A stretch of 64,000 bases of DNA from Squalus acanthias (taxonomy: Eukaryota), in NCBI GenBank assembly GCA_030390025.1, contig CM059433.1, positions 31,250,001 through 31,314,000 on the forward strand, in the 5' to 3' direction. This document shows positions 50,201-63,045 of this stretch, piece by piece (the stretch's first letter is position 1; each line of letters opens with the position of its first letter). Both the position numbers and the translations under genes were made by a program. The notes under the pieces are model-generated. The model did not search any database and was not told the origin of the DNA. It saw nothing but the letters and a program-made list of their open reading frames with translations.

Positions 50201-52200
50201 GGGGAACCAAGGGTCTAATGAGGGTGAGGAACTTAACGTAATTAATATAAGTAGAGAAAAGTACTTGAGAAAGTAATGGGATTAAAAGCCAACAAATCCC
50301 CTGGACCTGACAGCCTACAGGTGGCTGAAGAGATAGTGGTTTTGATCTTACAAAATTGCCTAGATTCTGGAATGGTCCCAGCAGATTGGAAAGTTGCAAA
50401 TGTAACACGACTATTCAAGAAAGGAGCAAAAGAAAAAATGGGGAACTACAGGCCAGTTAGCCTGACATTAGTCATCGGGAAAATGCTGGAATCCATTGTT
50501 AAGAAAGTGGTATCAAGTCACTTAGAAAATCATAACATGATTAGGCAGAGTCAACATGGTTTTATGAAAGGGAAATCGTGTTTGTCAAATTTACTAGAGT
50601 TTTTTGAGGATGTAACTAGCAGGATAGATGAAGGGGAACCAGTGGATGTAGTATATTTGGATTTCCAAAAGGCATTTGATAAGGTGCCACATAAAAGATT
50701 ATTACACAAGATTAGGGCTTATGGGGTTGGGGGTAATATAATAGCATGGATAGAGGATTGGTTAATGGACAAAAAACAGAGAGTAGGGATAAACGGATCT
50801 TTTTCAGGTTGGCAGGCTGTAACTAGTGGGGTGCAGCAAGGATCAGTGTTGGGGCCTCAGCTATTTACAATCTATATTAATGACCTAGATGAAGGGATCG
50901 AGTGTAATGCATCCAAGTTTGCTGATGATACAAAGCTAGGTGCGACAGTAAGCTGTGAGTCTGCAAAGGGATATAGATAGACTAAGTGAGTGGGCAGTAA
51001 GGTGGCAGATGGAGTATAATGTAGGGAAATGTGAGGTTATTCACTTTGGTAGGAAGAATAGAAAAACAGAATTTTTTTAAATGGTGAGAAACTTTCAAAT
51101 GTTGGTGTTCAGAGAGATTTGGGAGTCCTCGTGCAAGAACACAGAAAGCTAGCATGCAGGTACAGCAAGCAATAAGGAAGGCAAATGGCATGTTGGCCTT
51201 TATTGCAAGGGGGTTGGTGTATAAGAGTAAGGAAGTCTTGCTGCAATTGTACAGGGCCTTGGTGAGACCACACCTGGAGTACTGTGCACAGTTTTGGTCT
51301 CCTTATTGAAGGAAGGATATACTTGCCTTGGAGGCGGTGCAATGAAGGTTCACTAGATTGATTCCTGGGATGAGAGGGCTGTCCTATGATGAGAGATTGT
51401 GTAGAATGTGCCTATACTCTCTGGAGTTTAGAAGAATGAGAGGCGATCTCATTGAAACATACAAGATTCTGAACGGGATTAACAAGGTAGATGCTGAGAG
51501 GTTGTTTTCCCTGGCTGGAATGTCTAGAACTAGGGGGCATAGTCTCAGGATAAGGGGTCGGCCATTTAAGACTTAGATGAGGAAGAATTTCTTCACTCAG
51601 AGGGTTGTGAATCTTTGGAATTCTTTGCCCCAGAGGGCTGTGAATGCTGAGTTTTTGAGTATATTCAAGGCTGAGATAGATAGATTTTTGGACTCTGGGG
51701 GAATCAAGGGATATGGAGCTCGGGTGGGAAAGTGGAGTTGAGGTCGATGATCAGCCATGATCTTATTGAATGGTGGAGCAGGCTCGAGGGGCCGTATGGC
51801 CTACTCCTGCTCTTACTTCTTATGTTCTTACGTTCTTATGTCCTTATGAGACTTCATGTGGTCTAGAGTCAAGGTTGAGGGCTCCCAGGGCTGTATACCA
51901 CTTTGCCGCCACCTCTGGTGGGTCTGTCCTGCTGATTGGACAGGACATACCCAAGTATTATGATGGAGGAGTCTGGGACGTTAGCTGAAAAGTATGATTC
52001 TGTGAGTATGACTGCGTCAGGCTGTTGCTTGACTAGTCTGTGGGACAGCTCTCCCAAATTTGGCACAAGTCCCCAGATGTTAGTGAGGAGGACTTTGCTG
52101 GGTGGACTAAGCTTGGTGTGCTTTTGTCATGTCTAAATCCAATGCCTAGATCACAGCCAAGTGGTCCATCCAGTTTTATTCATTTTCCCTTTCCAGCTAT
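47290..52200 (-). mobile_element. Older LINE endonuclease-region fragment (47290-47795 and 51847-~52200) split by a CR1 insertion
   Basis: LVKQQPDAVILTESY...DRPTRGGGKVVY in ORF 51869-52066; GGDFSVH-like segment near 47650. Confidence 0.65.
47798..51846 (+). mobile_element. Near-full-length CR1 LINE: ORF1 (Zn-finger/leucine zipper + SGNH esterase) and ORF2 (APE endonuclease + RT), both disrupted
   Basis: ORF1 CRNCSMW...CSKCLQLEELRLRIVELE, VIGDSIVRG, HVGTND, DGRHLN; ORF2 [37 protein letters not shown]; (TTCTTATG)n tail. Confidence 0.93.
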
Positions 52201-52497
52201 GATACAATGATAATGCAGTTGTTGACTAATCATAGCAATCAATCTCTGTCAATTAGTCTACACCAGACTCAGACACAAGGCGAGGAAAACCCAGTGGTGG
52301 AGAGCTTTGGGAACCACAGGTTCAAAGTCACCTGTTCCTCCCAAGAATGCTACACTTAAGAAGTCAAGTCTTGAATTAATGATGTACTACATCCCGAAAT
52401 GTTGCTGAGTTGGGTTAGTGCTTAACAAGCATTTCAGGAAAGAAAAAAGTGAACTCCGTAGTTTAGCTATGTAAGAATATAGATACGTTTTTACATT

Positions 52498-53208
52498 GGC
52501 CCAAAATGTGCGATCGGAGGCTTCCCGCGGGTGAATGCCTCCGACCTGTAAAATATCTACGCATTTACCTGGTGGCCTGGGAGATACGGAGGCTTGTGAT
52601 CCTGGGCCTCTCCGGGTACGCGCGGGAAGAGGGCCACGTATCCCAGCTGCGCATGCAGTTCGCAAGTGCCCCTGCGATAATGTGGGCCGGCCCAACCAAT
52701 AAAAGAAGGGAATCCCCATTCATACTTATGGGAGTTCCGTACGTACGGAATCACTTAAAACGGGGATCACTTATAAAATACACGAACACATGAAATAAAT
52801 AAATTAAAAAATTACATATTTAAAATTAATTAAAAAGCCATTTAATTAAATATTTTAAATGAAAATTGAATTTGTTGAATTTTTTTTAGATGTTTTAACG
52901 AGGCTAAAAATAAACTTATTATTAAACTTATATTACCTTATTGGACAGGGTTTTTAATGTATAAATGAGTGATAAAATTTTATTTTTCTATTTTTTAAAA
53001 CTCTTATGCTGGTAAAAGCAAGCCTTATTCTCCACCCGCAGAGGCCCATCTCCCAGGGATGCAGAGGATCTGTCAAGAAGATTCTTGACAGATCGCAAGT
53101 TCCGGGATATAGCGCATGCGCTTCGCATCCCTAAATCCGTAACTTGCATGGCCCCTACAGGCGCGTACACACCTCGTACGCACCCGTAGGGGTCGCAAAA
53201 TACGGCCC
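52498..53208. mobile_element. Harbinger-type MITE with a perfect ATT TSD and AT-rich core
   Basis: GGCCCAAAATGTGCGATC / GGTCGCAAAATACGGCCC; ATT at 52495-52497 and 53209-53211. Confidence 0.82.
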
Positions 53209-53794
53209 ATTATGTTAATACAGAATGAAGACAGAACAGCCAATATAGCAATTACGGTTCACCCACATGAGTAAATCAAAATTGGTTTGACTTGTTTACT
53301 AGCAGATCTCATCTTTAGATCACAATGGCACCCCAGGGAAGAGCCAAGATAGGAAGCAAAGGTTGTTGAGATGACAATGCAGCAGGATATTGACTAGGAT
53401 ATTAACCAGGATAAGAGGCTCCCTATCATTGTATAGCAATCTGTTCAATGACACAAGGGTCATAAAACACTCAACAAAGTTAAACCTTGCAAGAACTGGA
53501 CAATGAAAGCTTGTTTTTAAAATAGTATATGATAAATACAAAGCCTCACTCAGTAGGAACTTTGACGACCTTCAAGGTGATCTATCAGTGATTTATGAAA
53601 CACACCATCAATTCTATATGATGAAGGCTATTTGTAGCGAACAACCTGGATTGGCACTGGGGAGTTCTTTACAATCGAGTTTCTAGATGTAGGACTGCAT
53701 GTACTGCTCTGTATGTAGTCTTGGAGGTGAATAAAGTATTAAGTCAGACATATTGCTGTCTCTACCTTTTTCAATCTGTTATTAAAAAGGATAA

Positions 53795-55960
53795 GAATTA
53801 TCCAACAACCTACACTGGGACCTTATAGCCTTAAGGAGACCAATGTGTGAGCAGATGCTTCATTATATAGCCTTGATGATGTGTTGTTGGTAATAATTTT
53901 TCAAAACTCCCTGGATTCCGCTAAGGTCCCGGCAGACTGGAAAACTGCTAATGTAACACCCTTATTTAAAAAGGGCAGTCGACAGAAGGCTGGTAACTAT
54001 AGACCGGTTAGCCTAACATCTGTGGTAGGTAAAATTTTGGAGTCCATTATTAAGGAAACAGTAACAGGACATTTGGATAATCATAATTTAATAGGACAAA
54101 GTCAGCATGGTTTTACGAAGGGGAAGTCATGTTTGACAAATTTGCTGGAGTTCTTTGAGGAAGTAACATATAGAGTGGATAAAGGGGAACCAGTGGACGT
54201 AGTGTATTTAGACTTCCAAAAGGCATTTGACAAGGTGCCACACAAAAGATTATTGCTTAAGGTAAAAAATCACGGGATTGGGGGTAATATTCTGGCATGG
54301 ATAGAGGATTGGCTATCTAACAGAAAGCAAAGAGTTGGGATAAATGGTTCATTCTCAGACTGGCAATCAGTAACTAGTGGTGTTCCACAGGGGTCAGTGC
54401 TGGGTCCCCAACTCTTCACAATCTATATTAACGATTTGGAGGAAGGGACCAAGTGTAACATATCAAAATTTGCAGATGATACAAAGATGGGAGGGAAAGT
54501 AGTGAGTGAGGAGGACATAAAAAACCTGCAAGGGGACATAGACAGGCTAAGTAAGTGGGCAGAGATTTGGCAGATGGAATACAACACTGGAAAGTGTGAG
54601 GTGATGCACTTTGGCAGGAAAAATCCTAGAGCAATTTATTATCTTAATGGCAAGAAACTGGAGAGTACTGAAGTGCAAAGGGATCTGGGGGTCCTGGTGC
54701 ACGAAACTCAAAAGGTTAGTATGCAGGTGCAGCAAGTGATTAAGAAGGCAAATGGAATGTTGGCTTTCATTGCTAGGGGGATAGAATATAAAAATAGGGA
54801 GGTATTGCTTCAGTTGTACAAGGTATTGGTGAGACCGCACCTGGAATACTGCATACAGTTTTGGTGTCCTTACTTAAGGAAAGACATCCTTGCTCTCGAG
54901 GCAGTGCAAAAAAGGTTCACTCGGTTAATCCCGGGGATGAGGGGGTGGTCATATGAGGAGAGGTTGGGTAGATTGGGACTCTACTCATTGGAGTTCAGAA
55001 GAATGAGAGGCGATCTTATTGAAACATATAAGATTGTGAAGGGGTTGGATCGGGTGGATGCGGGGAGGATGTTCCCGATGACGGGTGAGACGAGAACTAG
55101 GGGACATAGTCTTAGAATAAGGGGCTGCTCTTTCAAAACTGAGATGAGGAGGAACTACTTCACTCAGAGGGTGGTAGGTCCATGGAATATGCTGCCACAA
55201 AAAGCTGTAGAAGCTACAACATTAATTAAATTTAAAACAGAAATAGACAGTTTCCTAGAAGTAAAAGGCATTAAGGGTTACGGGGAGCGGGCAGGAATTT
55301 GGACATGAGTCTAGGTTCGGATCGGTCATGGCCCTGTGGGTAGTGGAGCGGGCCCAGGGACTGTGTAGCCTGATTCTGCTCCTATTTCGTGTGTGCAATT
55401 CTGTTAGATGCAGGAGATGGTTCTGTGATAGATAGTAGATTGGCGGTTAGGATCAGATCAGCCATGATCTTATTGAATGGCGGAGCAGGCTCGAGGGGCC
55501 GATTGGCCTACTCCTGCTCCTATTTCTTATGTTCTTATGTTATGAAGGACATTGGCAACTGGTGGATTACGCTTCATGAACAATAAGCAACATGACGTGA
55601 CATTGTGGCCAAATAGAAAAAGAAGAATTGGTCATAAAATGGGCCAGTGAATGTTTCAGCAATGACCTGAGGGTGATCACAAGCTTGATCGTAATATCAT
55701 TATTATAACATAAAATTGCGCACGAGTTGCAATCACAAACAGACATTTCTTTTACATCTCATACATAATTCCTCATGTGGTAGTAAAGCACCTTATAATA
55801 GCTGATACTTGCACCATGTCATAAGATATTGTGCAGTATCTAAAAATCAATATTGGCACGCCATGGGACACCAGGCAATGTTAGATAATGGACTACAATT
55901 TGCAGCTCTAGACTTCGACACATTTACAAAGAATATGGATCTGTTCACATTATGAGCGAC
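53795..55960 (+). mobile_element. Ancient Gypsy pol relic (RNase H + integrase pieces) split by a CR1
   Basis: Before the CR1: V*ADASLYSLDDVLL; after: WQLVDYAS*...QIEKEELVIKWASECF...DHK; ~55850-55955: ILARHGTP..DNGLQF..F..F. Confidence 0.7.
53885..55540 (+). mobile_element. Young 5'-truncated CR1 with an uninterrupted RT/C-terminal frame (ORF 53881-55308)
   Basis: [49 protein letters not shown]; no stops over 475 codons; (TTCTTATG)n tail. Confidence 0.95.
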
Positions 55961-56059
55961 CCTAGGGATCTACAAGTAAAGGAGACAGGGCAGTGCAGCA
56001 ACAATAATTTGTGTTTGTCACAGAGCTCCTTACAAACAAAGGGACATCGGAGAATGTAT

Positions 56060-56950
56060 TACAGGGCAGTTGACAATAATTAAACATCAAGGACGGGGGG
56101 TGGGGCAAGGGAGAAAGGCAACAACAGCATCAGAGTGGGGGCGGGGGGGGGGAACAAAAGTATGGTTGAAGAGATATTGCTTTCCTGGTTTTTTGAAGGC
56201 AAGGAGGGTGGTGACAAGTTGGATATGTACAGGAAGGAAGGAGGCATCAAGAACGACCACCGATGGTGGAATGAGGGACAAGAAGTCGGCCAGCATTGGA
56301 GATGGGGAGGGTTGCAGAGAAGTATGGAGGCAGGAGATGGCAGGAGGAGGGACAAAGCCATGGTCGGATTTGAAGATGAGGACGAGAGCCTTTAAAGTTG
56401 ATTCTCTGGAGCGCAAGAAGCCAATGAGGCAGGGCTAGAAGGCCAGCAATGGGGACGCAAACCTTCGTGTGGGTGAGAAGGCAGGTTGCAGAATTCTGGA
56501 TGAGCTGTGGTTTTTGCAGGGTGAAACTAGGGAAATCAGGAAACACAGCAAAGTAGAATAGGGGTCCAGCAGCAGAGGGGGAAAGGTAGAGGCAAACACC
56601 TCTGAACTGAAACATGGCCTTGTACACAATGTATATGGGCTGCTGAGCGAACAGAAGATAAAGCAAAACAGCAGAGTTAGATGGAATACAGTACTTCATT
56701 TCAATTTACTCCATTGGTTAAGAACCAATGAAAGTTCTAGTCGTACCCTGCTGTGACTTGGACTCAATCTTACTTTCTGGAACTTCCTTTAAAAAAAGAC
56801 TATCTCTACTTTTAAAAACCTCTGCAAAACACAATCTCTTCGACCTAGCTTTCAGCCATTGCTCCCTATTCTGTTCCTTCATGGGCCTGTGTCTGTTTTC
56901 CTTATCTTGGGACGTTCTTTCAGTTAAAATTGCTATACAAGTGCAAGTTC
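56060..56950. mobile_element. Decayed L2-type LINE 3' fragments
   Basis: Minus strand LQKPQLIQNSATCLLTHT...LALPHWL...QRINFK; plus-strand tail GCTATACAAGTGCAAGTT near 56930. Confidence 0.6.
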
Positions 56951-57414
56951 GCGTTGAATATCACAATCACTAATATTCAACTATTTTTAATTTATTAATT
57001 GAGTGGTTAGTGGTTTACATAGCCTTCAGCCGATTAAAAAAAATGGGAATTTTCTATGATGGATGGGACAGCTGTGTTTTATAAATCCCTATCTAGCGTT
57101 CTAAAAATATTGAGGAAAGCTCCATTGCTGGTTTAATATACAGAACAAAAATCAAATACATCACCTGGATTAGTAAATTCCTAGTACAATGCAGTAAAAA
57201 ATGTCCAAGTTCTAATCTAATCACTGGCACAGGCTGAATGGCCTGTTTCTCTGCTGTAAATACTATATAATCTGTCAATAGTCAGCAATATTTTGAGCTG
57301 TCAGTGTTAAACTGAAAATTTATCACTAGGAATCCACTCAGATTCCCAGGTCAACTTTATGCTGGTGAAGAAATGGAACAGAGAGAGTGGGGAGAACAGA
57401 GAACAAGAATGGGA

Positions 57415-58040
57415 ATCATAGAATCGTAGAAACTTACAGCTCAGGAGGCCATTCGGCCCGTCATGCCTGTGCCGGGTCTTATAAAGATCAGTCGTGCCTA
57501 GATTCACATCCCCGCTTTTTGTCCGTAACCCTGTAAGTTCCTGTCAGGTACCTGTCCAGCTCCCTTTTAAAATTATTTATGGAATCAGCTCCACCACCTT
57601 TACAAGTAGAGCATTCCAGATCCCGAAAACTCAGTGAAAAACTGTCTCCTCATCTCCCCTCTAGATATTTTGCCACTGATTTTAAATCGACGACCTGTGT
57701 TTAATGACCCACTCACCAGAGGGACTCGTTTTTCTCTATCTACTCTATCAAAACCTCTCATTGTCTTGAACAACTCTATTGGGTCACCTATTAACCTTCT
57801 CTGTTCCGAGGAGAACAGTCCTAACTTTTCTGACCTCTCCTCATAAATGATTGTAAAGAAAAAAATAAACAGCAAGGGTATTCCCTCTAGTGAGTGGGTC
57901 AATAACCAGAGGTCGTAGATTTAAAATCACTGGCAAAAGATCTAGAGGGGAGATGGGGAGACATTTTTTCACTCAGAGTTGTTGGGATCTGGAACGCTCT
58001 ACCTGAAAAGGCGGTGGAAGCTGATTCCATAAATAATTGA
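57415..58040. mobile_element. CR1 3' fragment (-, 57415-57845) followed by an inverted duplicate of part of it (+, ~57870-58040)
   Basis: YEERSEKLGLFSSEQRRLIGD; 57882-58038 is the reverse complement of ~57571-57725. Confidence 0.8.
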
Positions 58041-59454
58041 TTAACGGAGGCAGCAAGGAGATCAGTCAGGAGTGCATGAACGTAGGAAGTGGTGAGGATG
58101 GATAAATGTGATGGATAATGCAAAGGCAGCAGGCAGAAAGAGCAGACATGAACAGTCGTGTGGCGGGGAGGCCAGGTAGAAGAAAGTCGCTTGAACAGAG
58201 GCATCGAGGAGCTGAGATATGGACCAGGTTTGGAGCCAGTGGAGTCCATTTTCGTAACCACCATCCATCAGGCGGTGGGCCGTGGGCGGGTCACCGCTCT
58301 GCTTGGTTGATGTTGTCGGCCGGAAGGTCCAATCAATTTTCACGGTCAGGTCTCCGTTAAATACAACAGACAAGCTGCCAGCGCTGATCGGGCTTCTGGT
58401 CAGCTCGCTGTTTGGGAGAGCAGGATATCCGGCGGGGCAGACTGAAGTGGGCCTAACACCTTAAAAGGGAGAACTGTAAAGATCTGGGCGGGGTGGTACG
58501 GGAGGTCAGTAGTTCAGCAGATTTAAGCATCAGGGAAACATAAAGAGCACACCAATCAGTCAGGAAGCCTTTAAGATTTAAAAGTCCCAAATAGAATGAT
58601 GTAAATGTCATGGTCAGACTTGGTTCTAGCTTCACCCAACTGCTAGCTGCCCTTACAGTGGTGCCAATTTCTTTTTTTTTACTGTGGGGCAAAAGGCTTC
58701 ATTGAAGAATTGCAGGCCTCAATAAGGAGGGGCAGTTAAGTAAGGCTGGTCCTATAAGGGGAGTGCTACTAGTTTATTTTTTTTTAAGTATGCCTTCCCT
58801 TCAGCACCTATTGGAAATGGCTGCTAAGATGCTCCAGTCACATCATGGGGAAGCTCCCCACTTTGTGTGGGATTTGGTGTTCTGATGAGCTCCGTGCACA
58901 ATTGGTGTACAGGCGCTTAGTGCCCTAGTTGGTTCTTGCCTGCACTGCACATCAGGCAAGGAAAGCCCTAAGTGTGAACGATGGGCTTGAACAGAAACAC
59001 TGAAAAAAAGCAGGTTTTACAAAGCGAGATCATATAGATACACCAATTGAATGTTGGCTTAAATTAACACAGTGGAAAGAACAAGGAAAACAATGAGTCA
59101 GAGAGAGCAAACAGAAAATTCCTCCAAGCACTATATTCATTCCACTCAGAAACTGGAATTAACATAGAGACATTTGCAGAAGCTTTCATGTAAAATGTAA
59201 GTCAGTGTAATGCACAGTAACAGAAATTTGATTGAGAGGTCATGTTAAGTCTGTTAAGGCCTTGGTAAATGCCAATTAAGGCTGCCTCAAGCAGAACTGT
59301 GCAGTCCTCAGACTTCTGACATATATTGCATCTAGAACATATACAAATATGGTGCTGTAGCAGCAAAGGGATTGAGGAGAATTCAGTCATATCTGTTAAG
59401 TGTATGCTAAGTACCACTGCATGTACTGTATGCTTAATAAACTTTGAACGCTAT

Positions 59455-61555
59455 AAAATGCTTCCTGACATCACCCCTGAATGGCCTAGCTTAATTTTAA
59501 GGTTAAGCCACCTTGTTCTAGATTTCCCCACCAGAGGAAATAGTTTCTCTCTATCTGCCCTATCAAATGCTTTCATTATTTCAAACACCTCAATTAAATC
59601 ACCCCTCAACCTTCTAAACTCAAGCAAGTACAAGCCAACCTGTCCTCATAATTTAACCCTTAAACCCTACCATAATTCTGGTGAATCTGCTTTGTAGCCC
59701 TACCAAGCTACTATATCCTTCCTGAGGTGCGATGCGTAAAGTTCAAATTATGGTAATCAGCAATTAGGACCAAAATTGCGTGCTAAAACCAAGCTTTCAA
59801 ACAGGTGTGTCTTTTTAGCACAGCACCCATTTAGCGCCTGTTTTCGCCCTTTAACCAAATCCTAAGTATTCAGCCTATTCAGGCCATAACAAAATAGTGG
59901 CTCCATGAGATGCAGCACCAACAATTACTGTTGTTTGCTGTTGGTGACACGTTGCCTCCAGTAACGTAGACGTATTTGTCTTTCTCGCATTAAACGTGAA
60001 TGACCTCACACTTCCCCACATTGAACTCAGTCTTCTATATTTTTCCCCACTCACTTAGTCTGTTTAAGTCCCTTTGTAATTTACTGTGCCTCCTAACTTA
60101 GTGTCACCGGATATGAGAACTCACTATTCATTCATCCAAGTCATTAATATACATGGGGAAAAGCTAAGACCCCAGTACAGATACTTGAGGAACACCACTT
60201 GTCACATCTCACCAATCAGAAAATATTCCCTTTATCCCTACTCGCTGTCTCCTAAATCCCAACCAAATACCAACCCGTGTCACAAGGCTACCTCCAATTG
60301 TTTGGGCTTTCCTTTTTACTGCTAATCTCTTGTGTGGAACCTTATCGAAAGCCTTTGGGAAGTTCATATAGACAACAGCCATCAACACCCCACTATCCTC
60401 TATACTGGTAAACTCTTCAAAAAAAATCTATTAAATTAGGCAGACATGATTTCACAAATCCATGCTGAGTCTCTTTGATTAGCTCCTACTTATCCAAGTG
60501 CTTAGTCACTAATAATTGATTCCAGTAACTACAACTGATGTTAAGAGGGCGGGTCTGCAGTTAACTGCTTTTTCTTCAGCATTACCATCACTGAATACAC
60601 CACCATCAACAACCTGGGGGTCACCATTGACCAGAAACTTCAATGGACCAGTCACTAAATACAGTGGCTACAAGAACAGGTCAGAGGCTGGGTATTCTGT
60701 GGCGCATGACTCACCTCCTGACTCCCCAAAGCCTTTCCACCATCTACAAGGCACAAGTCAGAAGTGTGATGGAAGATTCTCCACTTGCCTGGATGAGTAC
60801 AACTCCAACTCAAGAAGCTTGACACCAATCAGGACAAAGCAGCCCACTTGATTGGCACCCCATTCACCACCTTAAACATTCACTCCCTCCACCACTGGCA
60901 CACCTTGGCTTCTGTGTGTACCATCTACAAGATGCACTGCTGCAACTCACCAAGGCTTCTTCGGCAGCATCTCCCAAACCCGCGACCTCTACCACCTAGA
61001 AGGACAAGGGCAGCAGGTGCATTGGAGCACCACCATCTCGAAGTTCACCACATCATCCTGACTTGGAAGTATATCGCCATTGCTTCATTGTCACTGGGTC
61101 AAAATCCTGGAACTCCCTCCCTAACAGCACTGTGGGAGTACCTTCACCATGCGGACTGCAGCGGTTCAAGAAGGTGGCTCACCACCACCTTCTCAAGGAC
61201 AGTTAGGGATGGGCAATAAATGCTGGCCTTGCCAGTGATACTCACATCCCATGAACAAAATTTAAAAAAAACTCTTAAATAACGGAGTGACATTTGCAAT
61301 TTTGCAAACCATAGGCACAATTCCCAAATCTAGAGAGGTTTGGAAAATTATGACTAAGAGCTCTGTAATTTCCTCACCTATTTATTTTAAGACTCTTTGG
61401 TGAAAACCATCAGGACCTGGAGATTTGTCTATTTTAAGTCCCATTATTTTCTCCATTACCAATAAAAACACATATTAAATCCAATAGGTTTCTCCCCTCG
61501 AAATATTTTTAGCTTCCCTTGTACAACTGGTATTTCCAGTGAAAATGGATACAAA
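59455..61555 (-). mobile_element. Old CR1 fragments (59455-59735, 59985-60578, 61268-61555) with a second-family LINE 3' fragment inserted on + (60580-61262)
   Basis: LEFRRLRGDLIEVF; RT pieces continuous across 60578/61268; insert ends with the TAGGGATGGGCAATAAATGCTGGCC tail. Confidence 0.75.
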
Positions 61556-61714
61556 TTTCAGTTGTTTCTCTGGCTGTCACAAGTGGATCATGAGCCAGGA
61601 CTGAAGATGACAAAAATTGACACCGATTTAAAGGACATTAGGGCCTAGATAGCTGAAGCCATGGCCACCAATGGTGGGGTGAAGGAAGTGGGCGGTGGAC
61701 AAGAGACCAGAGTA

Positions 61715-62652
61715 GACCCCACCAGGATGGCCGGAGGGCCCTCTGCTTCTTCCTTGAACGGAGGACCAACCAGTCCCCATCCACCACCACCCTCCTGGCT
61801 GAACCTGTTCTCACATTGAACAACTTCTCCTTTGACTCCACTCACTTCCTCCAAATAAAAAGGTGTTGCTATGGGAACCCGCGTGGGTCCTAGCTATGCC
61901 TGCCTTTTCATGGGATGTGTGGAACATTCTTTGTTCCAGTCCTACTCAGGTTACCCTAAATTGCCTCTTTTTCCAGTACATTAATTACTGTTTCAGTGCC
62001 ATTTCTTGCTTTCGCCCAAACTGGAAAATTTCACCAACTTTGCTTCCATCCTTCCCTCACCTTCACATGGTCCATCTCCAACTCTTCCCTTCCTTCCTTG
62101 ACTTCTCTGTCTCCATTTCTGGGGATAGGCTATCGACCAATTTCCACTATAAGCCCACTGACTCACACAGCTACCTTCACTACACTTCCTCCCACCCCGC
62201 TACCTGTAAGGACTCTATTCCATTCTGCCAGTTTCTCCGTCTCCGTTGCATCTGTTCAGACAATGCCACCTTCCATACCAATGCTTCCAATATGTCTTCC
62301 TTTTTCCTCAACCGAGGATTCCTCTCCACCGTGGTTGACAGGGCCCTCGACCATGTCCGTTCCATTACCCGCACTTCTGCTCTCATCCATTACCATCTCC
62401 CTTTGCCTTGCACCATTATCCCTTTTATCATTTAATCTCTCCTGCCTTCCACCCAATCACAGACCATCCCTTTTGTTATTTCTTCCCTTCCCCCTTTTCC
62501 CTGCCTCTGTACTTGCTTAAAACCCGTTACATCTCTAACTTTTCCTACTTCTGACGAAAGGTCATCGACCGGAAACATTAACTCTGTTTCTCTCTCCACA
62601 GATGCTGCCTGACCTGCTGAGTATTTCCAGTATTTTCTGTTTTCATTTCAGA
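61715..62652 (+). mobile_element. Penelope-like element (RT part + 3' pLTR, GIY-YIG region absent)
   Basis: HYKPTDSHSYLHYTSSHPATCKDSIPFCQFLRLRCICS; homologous to 36244-37090; jumps to the 3' UTR near 62388. Confidence 0.87.
62545..62590 (+). ncRNA. Minimal type I hammerhead-ribozyme-like motif in the Penelope pLTR
   Basis: CTGACGA-a-(a)GGTC atc GACC(g)-GAAA-catt-AACT; stems I and III carry substitutions relative to the other copies. Confidence 0.6.
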
Positions 62653-62654
62653 GT

Positions 62655-63045
62655 AGGAGGAATGCAGATTTTGTAGGGTTGTAGGGCTGGAGGCGCTTAC
62701 AGAGACAGGGAGGGGTGATACCTTGGAGGGATTTGAAAACAAGGATGAGAAGTTTAAATTCAAGGTCTTTGGGGACCATGAGCGAATGTCGGTCAACGAG
62801 CACAGGGGTGATGGGTGAATGGGAATTGGTGAGAGTTAGGACACAGGCAGCAAAGTTTTGGATCAGCTTAAGTTTGTGAAGGTTGGAAGATGGGAGGCCG
62901 GCCAGGAGAGCATTGGAATAGTCAAATCTGGAGGTAACAAAGGCATGGAAGAGTTTGAGCAGCAGATGAGCTGAGGCAGGGACAGAAAAGGGTAATGTTA
63001 TGGACGTGGATGTAAGCGGTTTTATGATGGAGAGGATACGGGGTT
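62655..63045 (-). mobile_element. L2-type LINE 3' fragments
   Basis: Reverse-complement similarity to L2-type pieces at 23630 and 56300-56550. Confidence 0.6.

Noticed and set aside
53881..55308. Stand-alone host reverse-transcriptase gene
   Set aside because: 5'-truncated CR1 with tail; start codon comes from flanking DNA and the endonuclease is missing
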